64,000 nucleotides of DNA from a virus (taxonomy: Duplodnaviria > Caudoviricetes), in the IMG/VR virus record IMGVR_UViG_2974786931_000001, positions 64,001-128,000 of that record, one strand, 5' to 3'. Every line of letters begins with the position of its first letter. Position 1 is the stretch's first letter. Under the pieces are notes generated by a model, which was given only the letters and a program-made list of their open reading frames with translations, did not search any database and had not been told where the DNA came from. Shown here in pieces: positions 27,056 through 41,262 of the stretch. A program made the position numbers and the translations under genes.

Positions 27056-28052
27056 TTCAAGTGTAATTTATCGTGCAATTGTTACGAGTAAATTTCGAAC
27101 CAAAAAGATGCAAAACTTTTATCAAACGGTCGGCGATGGAGCCGACCAAAATGCTTTGTATGTAACATTTGGACGTAGTAAACCATGGGCTGCAAACGAA
27201 AATGACCCTGGTTTTGCTCCTCCGTATCCAGTAGATGATACGGAAGGCGAAGTAGATATGTGGACTAATATGATGGGTTCTGTTAAAGTGTATAAAAGTA
27301 TGCTTGATGCAATTACTCCTCGTAAAGACTGGGGTGATATTGATTACCCCAACCCACGTAATTTCCAAATAGGTGAAATTATAGTAACAAATAGTGCTCC
27401 ATATAACAGGACCGATATTGGTTCTGGCTGGATGATATATCGTTGTATTGATGTCCCATCAGTTGGAATATGTTCTATTACTGACTTCACTAATAAAATC
27501 GAATGTATTAAATTAGGTGGAATTTGGACCTCATCAGTTGAAAGTATTTCTCCTCCAAGTGGACGTGGTGATACTGAAGGCAAAGTTGATATGGGCGACG
27601 GCTATTTATGGGAATATCTATATGAAATTCCACCTGATGTAAGTATTAACCGATGCACTAATGAATATATTGTTGTTCCATGGCCAGATGAAGTTGAAGC
27701 TGACCCTTCTAGATGGGGTTATCAAAACAATTTAACTTGGCAACAAAACGACTATGGCATAATTTATCGTGTTAAAGCTAATACAGTTAGATTTAAAGCT
27801 TACTTAGATTCAGTATATTTCCCAGAAGCTTCTCTTCCAGGTAATGATGGTTTCCGTCAAATAGCTGTAATAGAAAATCCATTAGAAGCTAAAGCTCATC
27901 CTAATGACCCTAATGTTAAATGCGAAAAAGAATATTATGATGTTATTAATATGGAAAGACATTCTGGGGAAATGATTTATATGGAAAATAGACCTCCGAT
28001 TGTTCGAGCAATGGATCAGACGGAGGAAGTGAATATTATTTTTGAATTCTGA
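27048..28052 (+). CDS. 8: gp8 baseplate wedge
   Basis: 334 aa; SVIYRAIVTSKFRT, GDGYLWEYLYEIPPD. Confidence 0.97.
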   Translation: MNNSSVIYRAIVTSKFRTKKMQNFYQTVGDGADQNALYVTFGRSKPWAANENDPGFAPPYPVDDTEGEVDMWTNMMGSVKVYKSMLDAITPRKDWGDIDYPNPRNFQIGEIIVTNSAPYNRTDIGSGWMIYRCIDVPSVGICSITDFTNKIECIKLGGIWTSSVESISPPSGRGDTEGKVDMGDGYLWEYLYEIPPDVSINRCTNEYIVVPWPDEVEADPSRWGYQNNLTWQQNDYGIIYRVKANTVRFKAYLDSVYFPEASLPGNDGFRQIAVIENPLEAKAHPNDPNVKCEKEYYDVINMERHSGEMIYMENRPPIVRAMDQTEEVNIIFEF

Positions 28053-28054
28053 TA

Positions 28055-28087
28055 AGGAGCCTTCGGGCTCCTTTTTTGGTATAAATA
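28055..28087 (+). terminator. UUCG terminator followed by the late promoter for gene 9
   Basis: AGGAGCC-TTCG-GGCTCC-TTTTTT; TATAAATA at 28080-28087. Confidence 0.9.
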
Positions 28088-28120
28088 TCTATATTACTTA
28101 ATCAATTATTGGGGTACTAT

Positions 28121-28987
28121 ATGGTCACTCAAGTCGCTAAACGAGTTGTAGATGTCGGTGAACTCGGGAACGCCTCCACTGGTGATATTTTATATGATGG
28201 TGGAGTTAAAATAAATGAAAACTTTGACTCGGTATATAATGCCTTTGCAGACCAACGTTTATTCGCTATAGATGAAGGTGCAAATCTTCAATTAATTCAT
28301 GCTACTGGCTATTATCAAAAAACAAATGATCCAGCTGCATTTATTCCCCCTGTTTCAATTGGTTCTATGCATGACATAGATACTACAACAGGAACAATTT
28401 ATGTGAATCTACCTAAAGGTAAATTGGGAGAAGGTGTAATCTTCGTCAATTTCAACGGTTCAATTTCAATCGATAACGCTTTAGTTATTCGTCCTAACGA
28501 TAGATTTGTTGGCGTGTCTGGTGAATTAAAAATAACTTCACCATTTGTCAAAGTTGAATGCTGGTGTGTATCAGATTCAGGCGGCGTGTCTGTATGGAAT
28601 TATTCTATTGGTTCTTTGTTTGGGACTTCATATACTTCTGTTGATGCCACTTATCGTTTAACTGCAGCTACTCCAAGAGATATTGTTATTGCTCATAAAG
28701 ATGAGTTTAGAACAATTAAACTTTTGTTGACGGCTACTTCTGCTGATGGGCGTAAAGTTAAATCTTCTGAAGTTAATTTATTGATTGACCCAGTGAATAA
28801 CTTAGTATATAACACAGAATATGCTAGTATCAGACTTGGTTCTACTGACGAAGAAGATGAAATTTATACGGCTGATTATACTGTTAATGCCCAAGGTTAT
28901 ATTACTTTAACCGCAAGAACAGATGTTGTTGGCATTGTATTAGCAGTAAAAACTATTAACACTCAACGAATTGGGGTTGCTATCTAA
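28121..28987 (+). CDS. 9: gp9 baseplate tail-fiber connector
   Basis: DVGELGNASTGDILYDGG.KINENF. Confidence 0.95.
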   Translation: MVTQVAKRVVDVGELGNASTGDILYDGGVKINENFDSVYNAFADQRLFAIDEGANLQLIHATGYYQKTNDPAAFIPPVSIGSMHDIDTTTGTIYVNLPKGKLGEGVIFVNFNGSISIDNALVIRPNDRFVGVSGELKITSPFVKVECWCVSDSGGVSVWNYSIGSLFGTSYTSVDATYRLTAATPRDIVIAHKDEFRTIKLLLTATSADGRKVKSSEVNLLIDPVNNLVYNTEYASIRLGSTDEEDEIYTADYTVNAQGYITLTARTDVVGIVLAVKTINTQRIGVAI

Positions 28988-30813
28988 TGAAACAAACAAT
29001 CAAAATCGGCAATGTTGTTGATGATGGCAGTGGCGACTACCTTCGTAAAGGTGGCGAAAAAATCATTAATAACTTTGACGAATTATACTATCAATTAGGC
29101 GATGGTGACTTCCCACATGCAGCTGGTGCCTGGAAAACATGGGCATTTGCTGATGGTGTGTTGTTATCGCCTAAATTTGGCGAATCGTTTACTGTTAATA
29201 CTACAGCTGGTGAAATTTCAATTCAATTGCCTAAAGGCACACCAACTGATTATAACCACGTTATTCGTATTCGTGATATCTGGAGCACATGGCAGAAAAA
29301 TCCTATTACTGTAGTTCCTGCTTCAGGCGATACATTAAAAGGTTCTCCGGTTTCTAGAGAATTTCCTAACAATTTACAAGACTTAGAATTTGTTTATTGT
29401 TCACCGGGACGTTGGGAATTTATTGAAAACAAATATGTAGATCGTATTTCCAATTCAGATTTATCGACGATGGCCAAAAAGACATTTATAGCTACTGAAG
29501 GTCAAACAGACTTTTTAGATGTATTTGAAGGCCATGATTATAATGTAGGCAACGTTGAAGTTTTCCGTAGAGGTAACTTACTGTTCTGTCAATATGATTC
29601 AGCTGGACAATATGTAGAAGCTAATAGTGACTTTGGTTCTGTTGGTTCTGTAGTCGGTGAATTAATTGCTCCTAATGGTTCGAATATTCGTTTAAAATGG
29701 CCATGCGTTGAAGGCGAAACAATCCAAATCATTACATATTTTGATGGGATTGGCACTTGGCGTTCATCATACAACAAAGAACAAATTCAATTTATTGACC
29801 AAACATTGACTAATCTAGAAACAGTTCCAGGTGAAACTTGGATCGGTGATTTGTCTACTAAAACTGAATTACTTCCTGGTGATTTAGGATTAGCTCCTGG
29901 CGAAAGAATTAACCCATTCTCATTAGAAATTCTTTTGAATGGCCGTGAACTCGTAGAATCAGGTAATGCTGGCCTAGGTGAAATGGCTTGTAATGGTGCA
30001 TTTGGCGATACAGATTCTGAATGTGTGGCTAATGGCGGTATTTGGGAAGATTCGAATTCAGATTATTCTGTTGTTTTTGTTGCTTTAACTGATACTATAG
30101 AAAAAATATTATTCCCTAAACCATTTGAATCGGGTGATATTTTAACTGTTAAATGGTATAACAATAATATCGGTTCTACGATGACAATCGAAGAAATAAC
30201 GGCCGAAACAGACAAAAGATATCTAAACACTCAAGAGCCTATTAATTTAGTTAACCGGATTGAATACACTGATTTTAACAATCCTTCGCAAAAAACTTCT
30301 CGTCCTGTAGCTAACGAATACAATATAAATGTTACTACAATGAAAGGCATGTTTGATTTACTTTATCCAATTGGTAGCATATACGAGAATGCTAATAACG
30401 CTGCTAACCCAGCTGATTATATGGGTATGGGCATATGGACACGTTGGGCTGAAGGTAAAGTTGTCGCAGGATGGTCTAGTAATCCTAATGACCCTTATTA
30501 TGCTTTAAATAATAATGATTTAGATGTATCAAATATTCCTTCTCATACTGCTGGCGGTACATTTGGTTCTAACGATGTTAATTTAAATAATAGTCAAATT
30601 CCTGTATTAGAATCAGTCGACAAAGTTCTTATTGCTGATGATAATGGTCCTATTGTTGTAGGTGGATGTCAATTTGACCCAGATGCTTCAGGCCCAGCTT
30701 ACACTAAATATAGAGAAGATAAATTAAAAGTTAACGATGCCATGACTACAGTTAATCCAACAGTAGTTATTCAACCAACAATTACGGCATATCGCTGGAT
30801 AAGGGTAGGATAA
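28987..30813 (+). CDS. 10: gp10 baseplate wedge / tail pin
   Basis: MKQ.I.IGNVVDDG.GDYLRKGG.KI; ends YRWIRV. Confidence 0.97.
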   Translation: MKQTIKIGNVVDDGSGDYLRKGGEKIINNFDELYYQLGDGDFPHAAGAWKTWAFADGVLLSPKFGESFTVNTTAGEISIQLPKGTPTDYNHVIRIRDIWSTWQKNPITVVPASGDTLKGSPVSREFPNNLQDLEFVYCSPGRWEFIENKYVDRISNSDLSTMAKKTFIATEGQTDFLDVFEGHDYNVGNVEVFRRGNLLFCQYDSAGQYVEANSDFGSVGSVVGELIAPNGSNIRLKWPCVEGETIQIITYFDGIGTWRSSYNKEQIQFIDQTLTNLETVPGETWIGDLSTKTELLPGDLGLAPGERINPFSLEILLNGRELVESGNAGLGEMACNGAFGDTDSECVANGGIWEDSNSDYSVVFVALTDTIEKILFPKPFESGDILTVKWYNNNIGSTMTIEEITAETDKRYLNTQEPINLVNRIEYTDFNNPSQKTSRPVANEYNINVTTMKGMFDLLYPIGSIYENANNAANPADYMGMGIWTRWAEGKVVAGWSSNPNDPYYALNNNDLDVSNIPSHTAGGTFGSNDVNLNNSQIPVLESVDKVLIADDNGPIVVGGCQFDPDASGPAYTKYREDKLKVNDAMTTVNPTVVIQPTITAYRWIRVG

Positions 30814-31487
30814 TGTTTACAAAAACTAGAGGTGGGGCTGAGGTCCCATCTAGAAAGGCTGATTATCTAGAATTCAGTCCAGATGGCGCACAAGCTATAG
30901 TTGGTAATAAAAATCCAATAGGAATGACTACAACTACGCAAACGAATCTAGGTGTTTGGTATCCTAATATTCAATCGGCAATAGATGATTTGTCATCTAT
31001 GTTGACAGGTAATATTGGTGATGTAGTTATTAATACAAGTGGGTTAAATCCAGCAGGTGTTCAACAAGTTACTCAAATAGCTTTTTCTGGTACAGCTTCA
31101 GTCCAAATATCTACTGCTCCAGGAACTATTCTTACATCAGCTAAAACTGTTATTTTAGGTTTTCCTATTACAGTTGATGATGGTGATACATCCGATCAAA
31201 TAGCAACTAAATTAAAAGCTGAGATGGACACATACGTATTGCAAAATAAAGTAATAGATAATGTTACTCAAGATGGCACCGACCCAGGTATTTTGAATAT
31301 CAGACATATAGATTATCAAAATCATGATGTAGAAGATTTTAATGTATATGGTGTTTCTGCTGTAATGACAGTAGCTTCTCCTCCTAAAGTTGGGTATGGC
31401 ACTTGGTTTAAAATAGGCCAAGAAGCTAAAACTTTCCCAGGTGGAGCTATTTCTTATACGCTCAATTATTTCCAGAGAATCGCATAA
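30813..31487 (+). CDS. 11: gp11 short tail fiber connector
   Basis: SRKADYL, YPNIQSAIDD, GYGTW, YFQRIA. Confidence 0.93.
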   Translation: MFTKTRGGAEVPSRKADYLEFSPDGAQAIVGNKNPIGMTTTTQTNLGVWYPNIQSAIDDLSSMLTGNIGDVVINTSGLNPAGVQQVTQIAFSGTASVQISTAPGTILTSAKTVILGFPITVDDGDTSDQIATKLKAEMDTYVLQNKVIDNVTQDGTDPGILNIRHIDYQNHDVEDFNVYGVSAVMTVASPPKVGYGTWFKIGQEAKTFPGGAISYTLNYFQRIA

Positions 31488-32827
31488 TGTCACAAAATAA
31501 TATAAATCATATTAGTGATTCATCAAGTTATGTGACATTTGACCCTACAGGCACTCAGTGGCCTGTAACGGTTGTTAATGTCCAACAAGCCCTAGCCGAT
31601 ATTGGTTCTTGGGCTACTGTATCTGGTGGATTACCTATTGCTTCAGAAACTGTTGCTGGTATTTCTCGCATTGCTACTAGTGCTGAAATATTAGATGGGA
31701 CTGATGATACAACTATTGTTACTCCTAAAAAATTAAATGAACGTTTACAATATCCTCAAGCAACTGAACTTCAATTTGGCGTTGTTAAATTATCTACAAC
31801 TGCCGATACGACTGATTTTGTAAAAGATGATGTGGTTATTACGCCATTGAAATTAGGACAAGTGTTTGATACTATTACAGCAAATACTGCTCGTAATGGG
31901 ACTGTTAAAATAACTTCTTCTCCACAAGCTCAAGCAGGAACTGATAATACAACAGCTACTTCGCCTGCTCGTGTATTAGAAATGATTAACAAATTCGCTA
32001 TTGTTCCTGGTGATTATGCTCCAGCAACTGAAACGACTATCGGTTTAGTTTATTTGGCAAATACTGCTCAAGTTGCGGCAGGAACTATTAGAGATGGATA
32101 TGCTGTTTCTCCATATTCATTTAAAAATACTCAAGCAAGTACAGTTCAAGTCGGTACTACTCGTTTAGCTACTTTGGCTGAATTGAATACTGGCACACCT
32201 AATTTATCTGTTTCTCCTTCTATTTTACAACAAATGGATGCTAGTACTTCAGCTAAAGGTATCGTTAAATTAGTTGTTGATCCGTCTCCAGTAGTTGGTA
32301 CGGCACTAGCTGGTAATGCAAATGTGGCATGGAAATCTCAGAAAATTAACGGTATACCATTTGCAGGCGATATTAATATAACTGCATCTCAGGTTAATGC
32401 TTATTCTAAACCAGAAGCAGATGGACGATTTAAACCTATTAATGCTCCTAACGGTACAAAAGTTGTTATTAATGGCGCAGATAACGTTGGCTGGGCTAAT
32501 ATGGAAGTTGCTCGTTGCCCAGGTGATGCAGGAACGTATACTGCCGTAATTAATTTGCATGTCAAATTTACCCAGAATGGTGATGGTCAACAAAATAGAT
32601 ATTTGAACTTTAATGTTTTGCACAATGGTGGATTAAACCAACAACGGTATGTGAACCTATTCAACGCCAAAGGTGGTTCTAAAGGTCATTATTGGGGCTT
32701 TGAAGGATTCACAACAACTGTAATTAGAATTGGTCCGTTGGCTCCTAATTCAGTTATTGTTTTACAACCTACAGCTAACCATGCATTCCAATATTGGGGC
32801 TATTCTTCTACTGTTGTAAGTAATTAA
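31487..32827 (+). CDS. 12: gp12 short tail fiber with divergent C-terminus
   Basis: HISD.S.YV.FDP, repeated ATE..G...AT units; 446 aa. Confidence 0.92.
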   Translation: MSQNNINHISDSSSYVTFDPTGTQWPVTVVNVQQALADIGSWATVSGGLPIASETVAGISRIATSAEILDGTDDTTIVTPKKLNERLQYPQATELQFGVVKLSTTADTTDFVKDDVVITPLKLGQVFDTITANTARNGTVKITSSPQAQAGTDNTTATSPARVLEMINKFAIVPGDYAPATETTIGLVYLANTAQVAAGTIRDGYAVSPYSFKNTQASTVQVGTTRLATLAELNTGTPNLSVSPSILQQMDASTSAKGIVKLVVDPSPVVGTALAGNANVAWKSQKINGIPFAGDINITASQVNAYSKPEADGRFKPINAPNGTKVVINGADNVGWANMEVARCPGDAGTYTAVINLHVKFTQNGDGQQNRYLNFNVLHNGGLNQQRYVNLFNAKGGSKGHYWGFEGFTTTVIRIGPLAPNSVIVLQPTANHAFQYWGYSSTVVSN

Positions 32828-32836
32828 GGAAATAAA

Positions 32837-34282
32837 ATGAGTATAACAAAATTAACTATTCCATCTATTAAATTTGTTGATGGCCTTCCTAGTGAAGGCC
32901 AGTTTTCTATTAGATGGATAGAAAACGGCGAACAAATGAATGGCGCTGATGTTAGAGGTGGCAATCAAGGCCAGTTGAACCGTTCTGGAGTAGAAATTCA
33001 ATATAACGTCCAATCTCTTATTGAAAGCGAAGTCAAAACAGTTCAGAAGGTAAATGAAGTAATAGATGGTTTACAGGCTGTTAATGATATCCTTGGTGAA
33101 ATGGATGGCCAAAATATAATTGAACAGGTTAATAGTAACACAATTAGAATTGGCCAAATTGATACTACTTTGATATCACAAGCTCAGTCAATTGATCAAT
33201 TATCTATTCGTTATTCAGATTTGCAACAGAACGTTGGCGTTAGAGCTAGTGACCCTAAAGATTGGACAGTTCGTGAAAATATTTGGTATCTTAAAAACCA
33301 AATTGGCGCTTGGCCAGACGAAGATGTAAATGGTGATGAAGTTCCTGGTGCAAGTGGTTCTGGTATTAAATATCGTATCACTACATTAACCACGTCTGTA
33401 TCAACACAAGAAACTGAATTAAACGCTATCAAAAATCAGATAATTGATTCTGGTCTAGATGATTTAGGCGAAAAAGTTACTACTATTCGTGCTGAAATAG
33501 GTGCATCTTCATTAGCAGTTGGTAAACCTGTAATTTATTCTCGTTTAAATACATTAGAAAACCAGCAACAGGCTAATATGGCAGATGCTGCTTCTATTAA
33601 AACATTTATTGATTTTGATAATCCAATTAGTATCGATTCTAGAGTCACAACTAACACTCAGAATATCACGGTTATAGGTACTAAGGTTTCAGGTGCAGAT
33701 GGATTAGAAAATAAAGTAATTGCCATTCAAGAAGATATTGGTTCTGCTAGTCAAGCGGATTCTATTAAAGGTGATTTAACTGTTTTAGATGCCGAAGTTG
33801 AAGATATCTACACAACATTAGGACGAAATATTTCATCTGGTTTACAGGCTAAAGTTGACTTACTGACTACTACAGTCGGTACAGATAACGTTGCTGCGCC
33901 GCGTGATGGCACTGTATTGAAACGGTTAGTGGTTTTAAACGATGGATTAACTTCAGTCACAGGCACCGTCCAGGGACTTCAACAAGATATCGGCGGTGTT
34001 GATGGTCTTAATGCTAAAGTTATTCAATTAAGTAAATTAGTTGAAACTGGCACTAACCCTACAACAGGAACAACTGTCGAAGAAAAAGGTCTTATTCCTA
34101 CTGTAAAAGTCATTCAAACTGATATCGTTAATATTACTTCTCGTATAGATGTTGCTGAAAATGATATTTTGACTATTAATGCATCAATTGCTAATTTGGT
34201 CCCAGAAGCTCCTAAAGACGGTGAAGCATATGTCCGTAAAGATGGCGCTTGGGTTAAATTAAGCGATTTCTTGACTCCATAA
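32837..34282 (+). CDS. wac: Fibritin (whisker/collar)
   Basis: Coiled coils; foldon VPEAPKDGEAYVRKDGAWVKLSDFL. Confidence 0.97.
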   Translation: MSITKLTIPSIKFVDGLPSEGQFSIRWIENGEQMNGADVRGGNQGQLNRSGVEIQYNVQSLIESEVKTVQKVNEVIDGLQAVNDILGEMDGQNIIEQVNSNTIRIGQIDTTLISQAQSIDQLSIRYSDLQQNVGVRASDPKDWTVRENIWYLKNQIGAWPDEDVNGDEVPGASGSGIKYRITTLTTSVSTQETELNAIKNQIIDSGLDDLGEKVTTIRAEIGASSLAVGKPVIYSRLNTLENQQQANMADAASIKTFIDFDNPISIDSRVTTNTQNITVIGTKVSGADGLENKVIAIQEDIGSASQADSIKGDLTVLDAEVEDIYTTLGRNISSGLQAKVDLLTTTVGTDNVAAPRDGTVLKRLVVLNDGLTSVTGTVQGLQQDIGGVDGLNAKVIQLSKLVETGTNPTTGTTVEEKGLIPTVKVIQTDIVNITSRIDVAENDILTINASIANLVPEAPKDGEAYVRKDGAWVKLSDFLTP

Positions 34283-34285
34283 TAT

Positions 34286-34317
34286 AGGGCCTTCGGGCCC
34301 TTTTTGCTTTATAAATA
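34286..34317 (+). terminator. UUCG terminator plus the late promoter for gene 13
   Basis: AGGGCC-TTCG-GGCCC-TTTTT; TATAAATA at 34310-34317. Confidence 0.9.
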
Positions 34318-34340
34318 TATTAAACAGATAGGAGATTTAT

Positions 34341-35273
34341 ATGAGTGGATATAATGCTTTTAATCCTAAAGAATTAAAAGATGTGATTTTGAGACGTTTA
34401 GGTGCTCCAATCATTAATGTGGAATTAACAGAACAACAAATATACGATTGTATTTCACGTGCATTAGAACTATTTGGCGATTACCATTATGATGGTTTAA
34501 GTAAGACATTTAAAATTTTCTATGTTGGGACCGATGAAGAATTCCAGCATGGTGTGTTTGATTTGAAAGGTGAAAACGTATTTGCCGTTACTCAAATCCT
34601 TAGAACTAATATGGGTTCTATAACTTCTATGGATGGGAATGCCACTTATCCATGGTTCACAGATTTTCTTTTAGGTATGGCCGGTATTAATGGCGGTATG
34701 GGTACTTCTTGTAATAAATCTTATGGGCCTAATGCCTTTGGCGCAGACCTTGGATATTATACTCAATTGATGACTTATATGTCAATGATGCAAGATATTT
34801 TATCTCCTCTTCCTGATTATTGGTATAATGATGGCAATGAACAGCTTAAAGTTATCGGCAAATTCGTTAAAGGCGATATCATTGTAATTGAATGCTTTGC
34901 CAGAAGTTATATCCAACCAGATGCAATGCTTGGGCATCAAGCAGGTTATGGTTATGCAGGATATCAAGATGCCAATGCTTGGTCTTTATCTCAACGTTAT
35001 GATAATCCAGATAGAAACTTGACTGGTTATAGAGCCGGTGAAGATACTGCCACTAAACAAGGCGCATATAATAATCGCTGGGTTAAAGATTATTCGTATG
35101 TATTAGCCAAAGAACTTAATGGACAAATACTTGCTAAACATCAAGGCTTACAATTAGCCGGTGGAGTAACAGTTGACGGTATTAGATTAATTGAAGAAGC
35201 TCGATTAGAAAAAGAAACATTAAGAGCTGAACTTGATTCATTAGATCCGCCGTTCGGCATATTGATTGGGTGA
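34341..35273 (+). CDS. 13: gp13 neck protein
   Basis: [23 protein letters not shown]. Confidence 0.97.
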   Translation: MSGYNAFNPKELKDVILRRLGAPIINVELTEQQIYDCISRALELFGDYHYDGLSKTFKIFYVGTDEEFQHGVFDLKGENVFAVTQILRTNMGSITSMDGNATYPWFTDFLLGMAGINGGMGTSCNKSYGPNAFGADLGYYTQLMTYMSMMQDILSPLPDYWYNDGNEQLKVIGKFVKGDIIVIECFARSYIQPDAMLGHQAGYGYAGYQDANAWSLSQRYDNPDRNLTGYRAGEDTATKQGAYNNRWVKDYSYVLAKELNGQILAKHQGLQLAGGVTVDGIRLIEEARLEKETLRAELDSLDPPFGILIG

Positions 35274-35276
35274 TAT

Positions 35277-36056
35277 ATGGCTACATACGATAGTAATTTA
35301 TTTGCAAAGCTTGAAAATCGTTCAGGCTATACAAAAACAAATGAAACTGAAATACTCAATCCATTTGTCAATTTCTTAAATTTTAGAAATACACAAACAT
35401 TAGCTGATTCATTAGTGGCTGAAAGTATCCAAATGCGTGGTATTGAATTATACTATATTCCACGTCAATATGTTAAGATGGATATAATCTTTGGCGAAGA
35501 CCCACAATCTAAGTTTGATAAAGCTTGGAAGTTTGCTGGTTATTTAGATTCGTTTGATGGCTATTCTGGCGATAATTCATATTTCAGTAAATTTGGACTA
35601 ACAGTTAATGATGAAGTAAATATTTCTATTAACCCTAATTTGTTTAAACACCAATGTAATGGAACTGAACCTATTGCTGGTGATTTGATTTATTTCCCTA
35701 TGGATAATAGCCTATTTGAAATAAACTGGGTACAGCCATATGATCCGTTCTATCAAGTTGGTCAGAACGTAATTCGTAAAATAACAGCTCAGAAATTCAT
35801 TTACTCTGGTGAAGAACTTAAACCTGAATTACAACGCAACGAAGGTATTAATATTCCTGAGTTTAGTGAATTAGATTTAATGCCTATTCATAATATAGAT
35901 GGCTTAGCTGATATTGATAACGACCAATACGCTGAATCTAAAGCCTTTAATGATGAAGCTGCCTCGTATGTTCATGAGTTCTATGTATTGAACGGCGAAG
36001 GCGATAAAGTCCCACCAACAGCTTTTGATCCCGATAACGATAACTTTTTTGATTAA
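35277..36056 (+). CDS. 14: gp14 neck protein
   Basis: [31 protein letters not shown]. Confidence 0.97.
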   Translation: MATYDSNLFAKLENRSGYTKTNETEILNPFVNFLNFRNTQTLADSLVAESIQMRGIELYYIPRQYVKMDIIFGEDPQSKFDKAWKFAGYLDSFDGYSGDNSYFSKFGLTVNDEVNISINPNLFKHQCNGTEPIAGDLIYFPMDNSLFEINWVQPYDPFYQVGQNVIRKITAQKFIYSGEELKPELQRNEGINIPEFSELDLMPIHNIDGLADIDNDQYAESKAFNDEAASYVHEFYVLNGEGDKVPPTAFDPDNDNFFD

Positions 36057-36065
36057 GGAATAGCC

Positions 36066-36931
36066 ATGTTTGGACACTGGTACAATTCATCTATACGGCG
36101 TTACATTGTTTTAATGGGTGATTTGTTTTCCCATGTCCAAGTGGCACGCCGTAGAGAAGATACTGGAACTAAATTTATTAAAGTGCCTATTGTTTATGCT
36201 TCTAAAGAGAAATTTATAGCGCAATTAAATAAGTTTACACAAGTTCAAAATATCCCTAACCCAAATGCAACGCCTGAAGAACGTTCTAGAATGAAAGCTA
36301 AAATAGAAACTATTCTTCCACGGATGAACTTGCATATGGTAGACATGCAATATAATCCGCAGTTCAAGGGTTCTATGATGTCTAAAACACAGATACAAAA
36401 TAAGTCAGCGACAAGTACCCAGCAAGTATCTCAATATTCGCCAACACCTATTAAAATGATTTTTGAATTAGGAATTTACACTCGTCACCAAGATGATATG
36501 TATCAAATTGTTGAACAAATTGTTCCTTATTTCCAGCCTCATTTTAGTACAAAAATAACAGAAAATCATACTAATGATATTAAAATTGATCGTACAGTTA
36601 ATATAGTTGTGCAATCATTTTCTGTTGATGAATCCATTGATGGTGATGCTATATCAAGGCGCCATCTTGAATGGGGAATTATGTTTGAAGTGAATGGCTG
36701 GTTATATCCGCCAATTGCCGATATCGAAGGTGAAATTAGAACAGTTTATGTTGATTTCTTTGGAAATATGAAAGAACTTCAAGTTGAAGGTAATTTCGAA
36801 TCAGTTGATAGCCAAGTTACTCCATATAGAGTGGAAGGTATAAGTTGGGATGGTAAGTTATTCCAAACATATTCTGAAGATACTCCTATACCAGTAGACC
36901 CACAACCACCGTACCCACGTAAAGAGGATAT

Positions 36932-36935
<4 letters not shown>
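36066..36935 (+). CDS. 15: gp15 tail sheath stabilizer
   Basis: [30 protein letters not shown]. Confidence 0.97.
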
Positions 36936-39242
<2,307 letters not shown>

Positions 39243-39273
39243 AACTTAGAGCAAACAATATTGAGGATTCAAA

Positions 39274-41256
39274 ATGGCTTTATTATCTCCGGGCATTGAG
39301 CTCAAAGAAACAAGCGTACAAAGCACTATTGTACGTAATGCCACCGGTCGCGCAGCATTAGTTGGGAAATTTGCCTGGGGCCCAGCATTCCAGGTTACGC
39401 AAATTACTAACGAAGTTGAATTAGTCGATCAATTTGGTGGCCCTAATGACGAAACAGCTGATTATTTTATGTCTGGTATGAACTTCCTTCAATACGGTAA
39501 TGACCTTCGTGTTGTTCGTGTTGTTGATAGAGAATCGGCTAAAAACTCATCCCCAATCGTTAATAATATTATTTCAACAATCTCACAGCCAGGTACTAAC
39601 TACAAAGTTGATGACGTTGTTCGTGTGAAATATTTGCAAACTACTGTAGAAACCTCAGGTAAAATTACTGCTGTTGATGCTGATGGCAAAATTAAATCTG
39701 TATTCATTCCTACAGGTAAAATTATCGATTATGCAAAATCAATTAATCAATTCCCTAGTCTTGGCGTTGGCTGGACTACTGAAATAACTTCTAGTTCATC
39801 TGGCTTTAGTGGTGTTATTACCTTAGGCGGAATTGAAATTGATTCAGGCATTTTGCTAACCGAAACTGAAAATGCTGATGAAGTTATCACAGGAACTGCA
39901 TTCCAGGCTCTTTTAGCTAAATATGCTATGCCAGGTTTTGTAGCTGTATATCCTGGTGAATTGGGTAGTTCTTTAGAGCTAGAAATTGTTTCTAAAGCAA
40001 AATATGATGCTACTACAGTTGCTGAATTGAGTATTTTCCCTACTGGCGGTACACGTGTTTCTTCTGCAAAAGCTGTATTCCCATATGGTCCGCAGACTGT
40101 CAACCAATATGGCATTATCGTTCGTCGTGATGGCGCTATTGTAGAATCTATTATTCTTTCTACTAAGCAAGGTGAAAAAGATGTGTACGGCAATAACATC
40201 TATATGGATGACTATTTTGCTAAAGGCTCAAGCAATTATATCTTCGGTACTTCAGTTGGATTCCCAATTGGTTTCTCAGGTATTATTCGTTTGGCTGGTG
40301 GTTTAAGTTCTAATGGTACTGCTGAAGCCGGTGCTTTGATGCAAGGTTGGGATTTGTTTGCTGACCGTGAAGCATTGCATGTTAACTTGCTGATTGCTGG
40401 TGCTTGTGCCGGTGAAGACGACGAAACTGCATCTACTGTTCAAAAGCATGTTGTTTCTATTGCTGATGAACGTCAAGATTGTTTAGCATTGATTTCTCCA
40501 CCACGTGGCACTATTGTTAATGTTCCGTTAACTCGAGCTGTAGATAATTTGGTTGGTTGGCGTAAAGGTTCTACTGGCTACGAAGATGCTAACATGAATA
40601 TCAGCTCAACATATGCTGCTATTGATGGCAACTACAAATATCAATACGACAAGTATAATGATATTAACCGTTGGGTTCCATTGGCTGCTGACATCGCTGG
40701 ATTATGTGCTCGTACAGATGATGTTTCACAACCTTGGATGTCTCCAGCCGGTTATAACCGCGGACAACTTCTGAACTGTATTAAACTTGCTATTGAGCCT
40801 CGTTTGTCTCATCGTAACGTTATGTACCAAGCTGCTATTAACCCGGTAACTGGTTTTGCAGGTGGTGACGGTTTTGTTCTGTTCGGCGATAAAACTGCTA
40901 CATTAGTTCCTTCACCATTTGACCGTATTAACGTACGTCGTCTGTTCAATATGTTGAAGAAAAATATTGGCGATGCATCTAAATACAAAGTATTCGAACT
41001 AAACGATGACTTTACTCGTTCTAGTTTCCGTATGGAAGCTTCGCAATATTTGGCAGGAATTAAAGCTCTTGGCGGTGTATATGAATATCGTGTTGTTTGC
41101 GATTCAACAAATAACACCCCGGCGGTTATTGATCGTAACGAAATGGTTGGTAGCATTTATGTTAAACCAGCACGTAGCATTAACTACATTACTCTGAACT
41201 TCATTGCTACGGCAACAGGTGCAGATTTCGATGAATTGATCGGAACACAACAGTAA
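39274..41256 (+). CDS. 18: gp18 tail sheath
   Basis: MALLSPGIELKETS; 660 aa. Confidence 0.98.
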   Translation: MALLSPGIELKETSVQSTIVRNATGRAALVGKFAWGPAFQVTQITNEVELVDQFGGPNDETADYFMSGMNFLQYGNDLRVVRVVDRESAKNSSPIVNNIISTISQPGTNYKVDDVVRVKYLQTTVETSGKITAVDADGKIKSVFIPTGKIIDYAKSINQFPSLGVGWTTEITSSSSGFSGVITLGGIEIDSGILLTETENADEVITGTAFQALLAKYAMPGFVAVYPGELGSSLELEIVSKAKYDATTVAELSIFPTGGTRVSSAKAVFPYGPQTVNQYGIIVRRDGAIVESIILSTKQGEKDVYGNNIYMDDYFAKGSSNYIFGTSVGFPIGFSGIIRLAGGLSSNGTAEAGALMQGWDLFADREALHVNLLIAGACAGEDDETASTVQKHVVSIADERQDCLALISPPRGTIVNVPLTRAVDNLVGWRKGSTGYEDANMNISSTYAAIDGNYKYQYDKYNDINRWVPLAADIAGLCARTDDVSQPWMSPAGYNRGQLLNCIKLAIEPRLSHRNVMYQAAINPVTGFAGGDGFVLFGDKTATLVPSPFDRINVRRLFNMLKKNIGDASKYKVFELNDDFTRSSFRMEASQYLAGIKALGGVYEYRVVCDSTNNTPAVIDRNEMVGSIYVKPARSINYITLNFIATATGADFDELIGTQQ

Positions 41257-41262
41257 TTAAAA

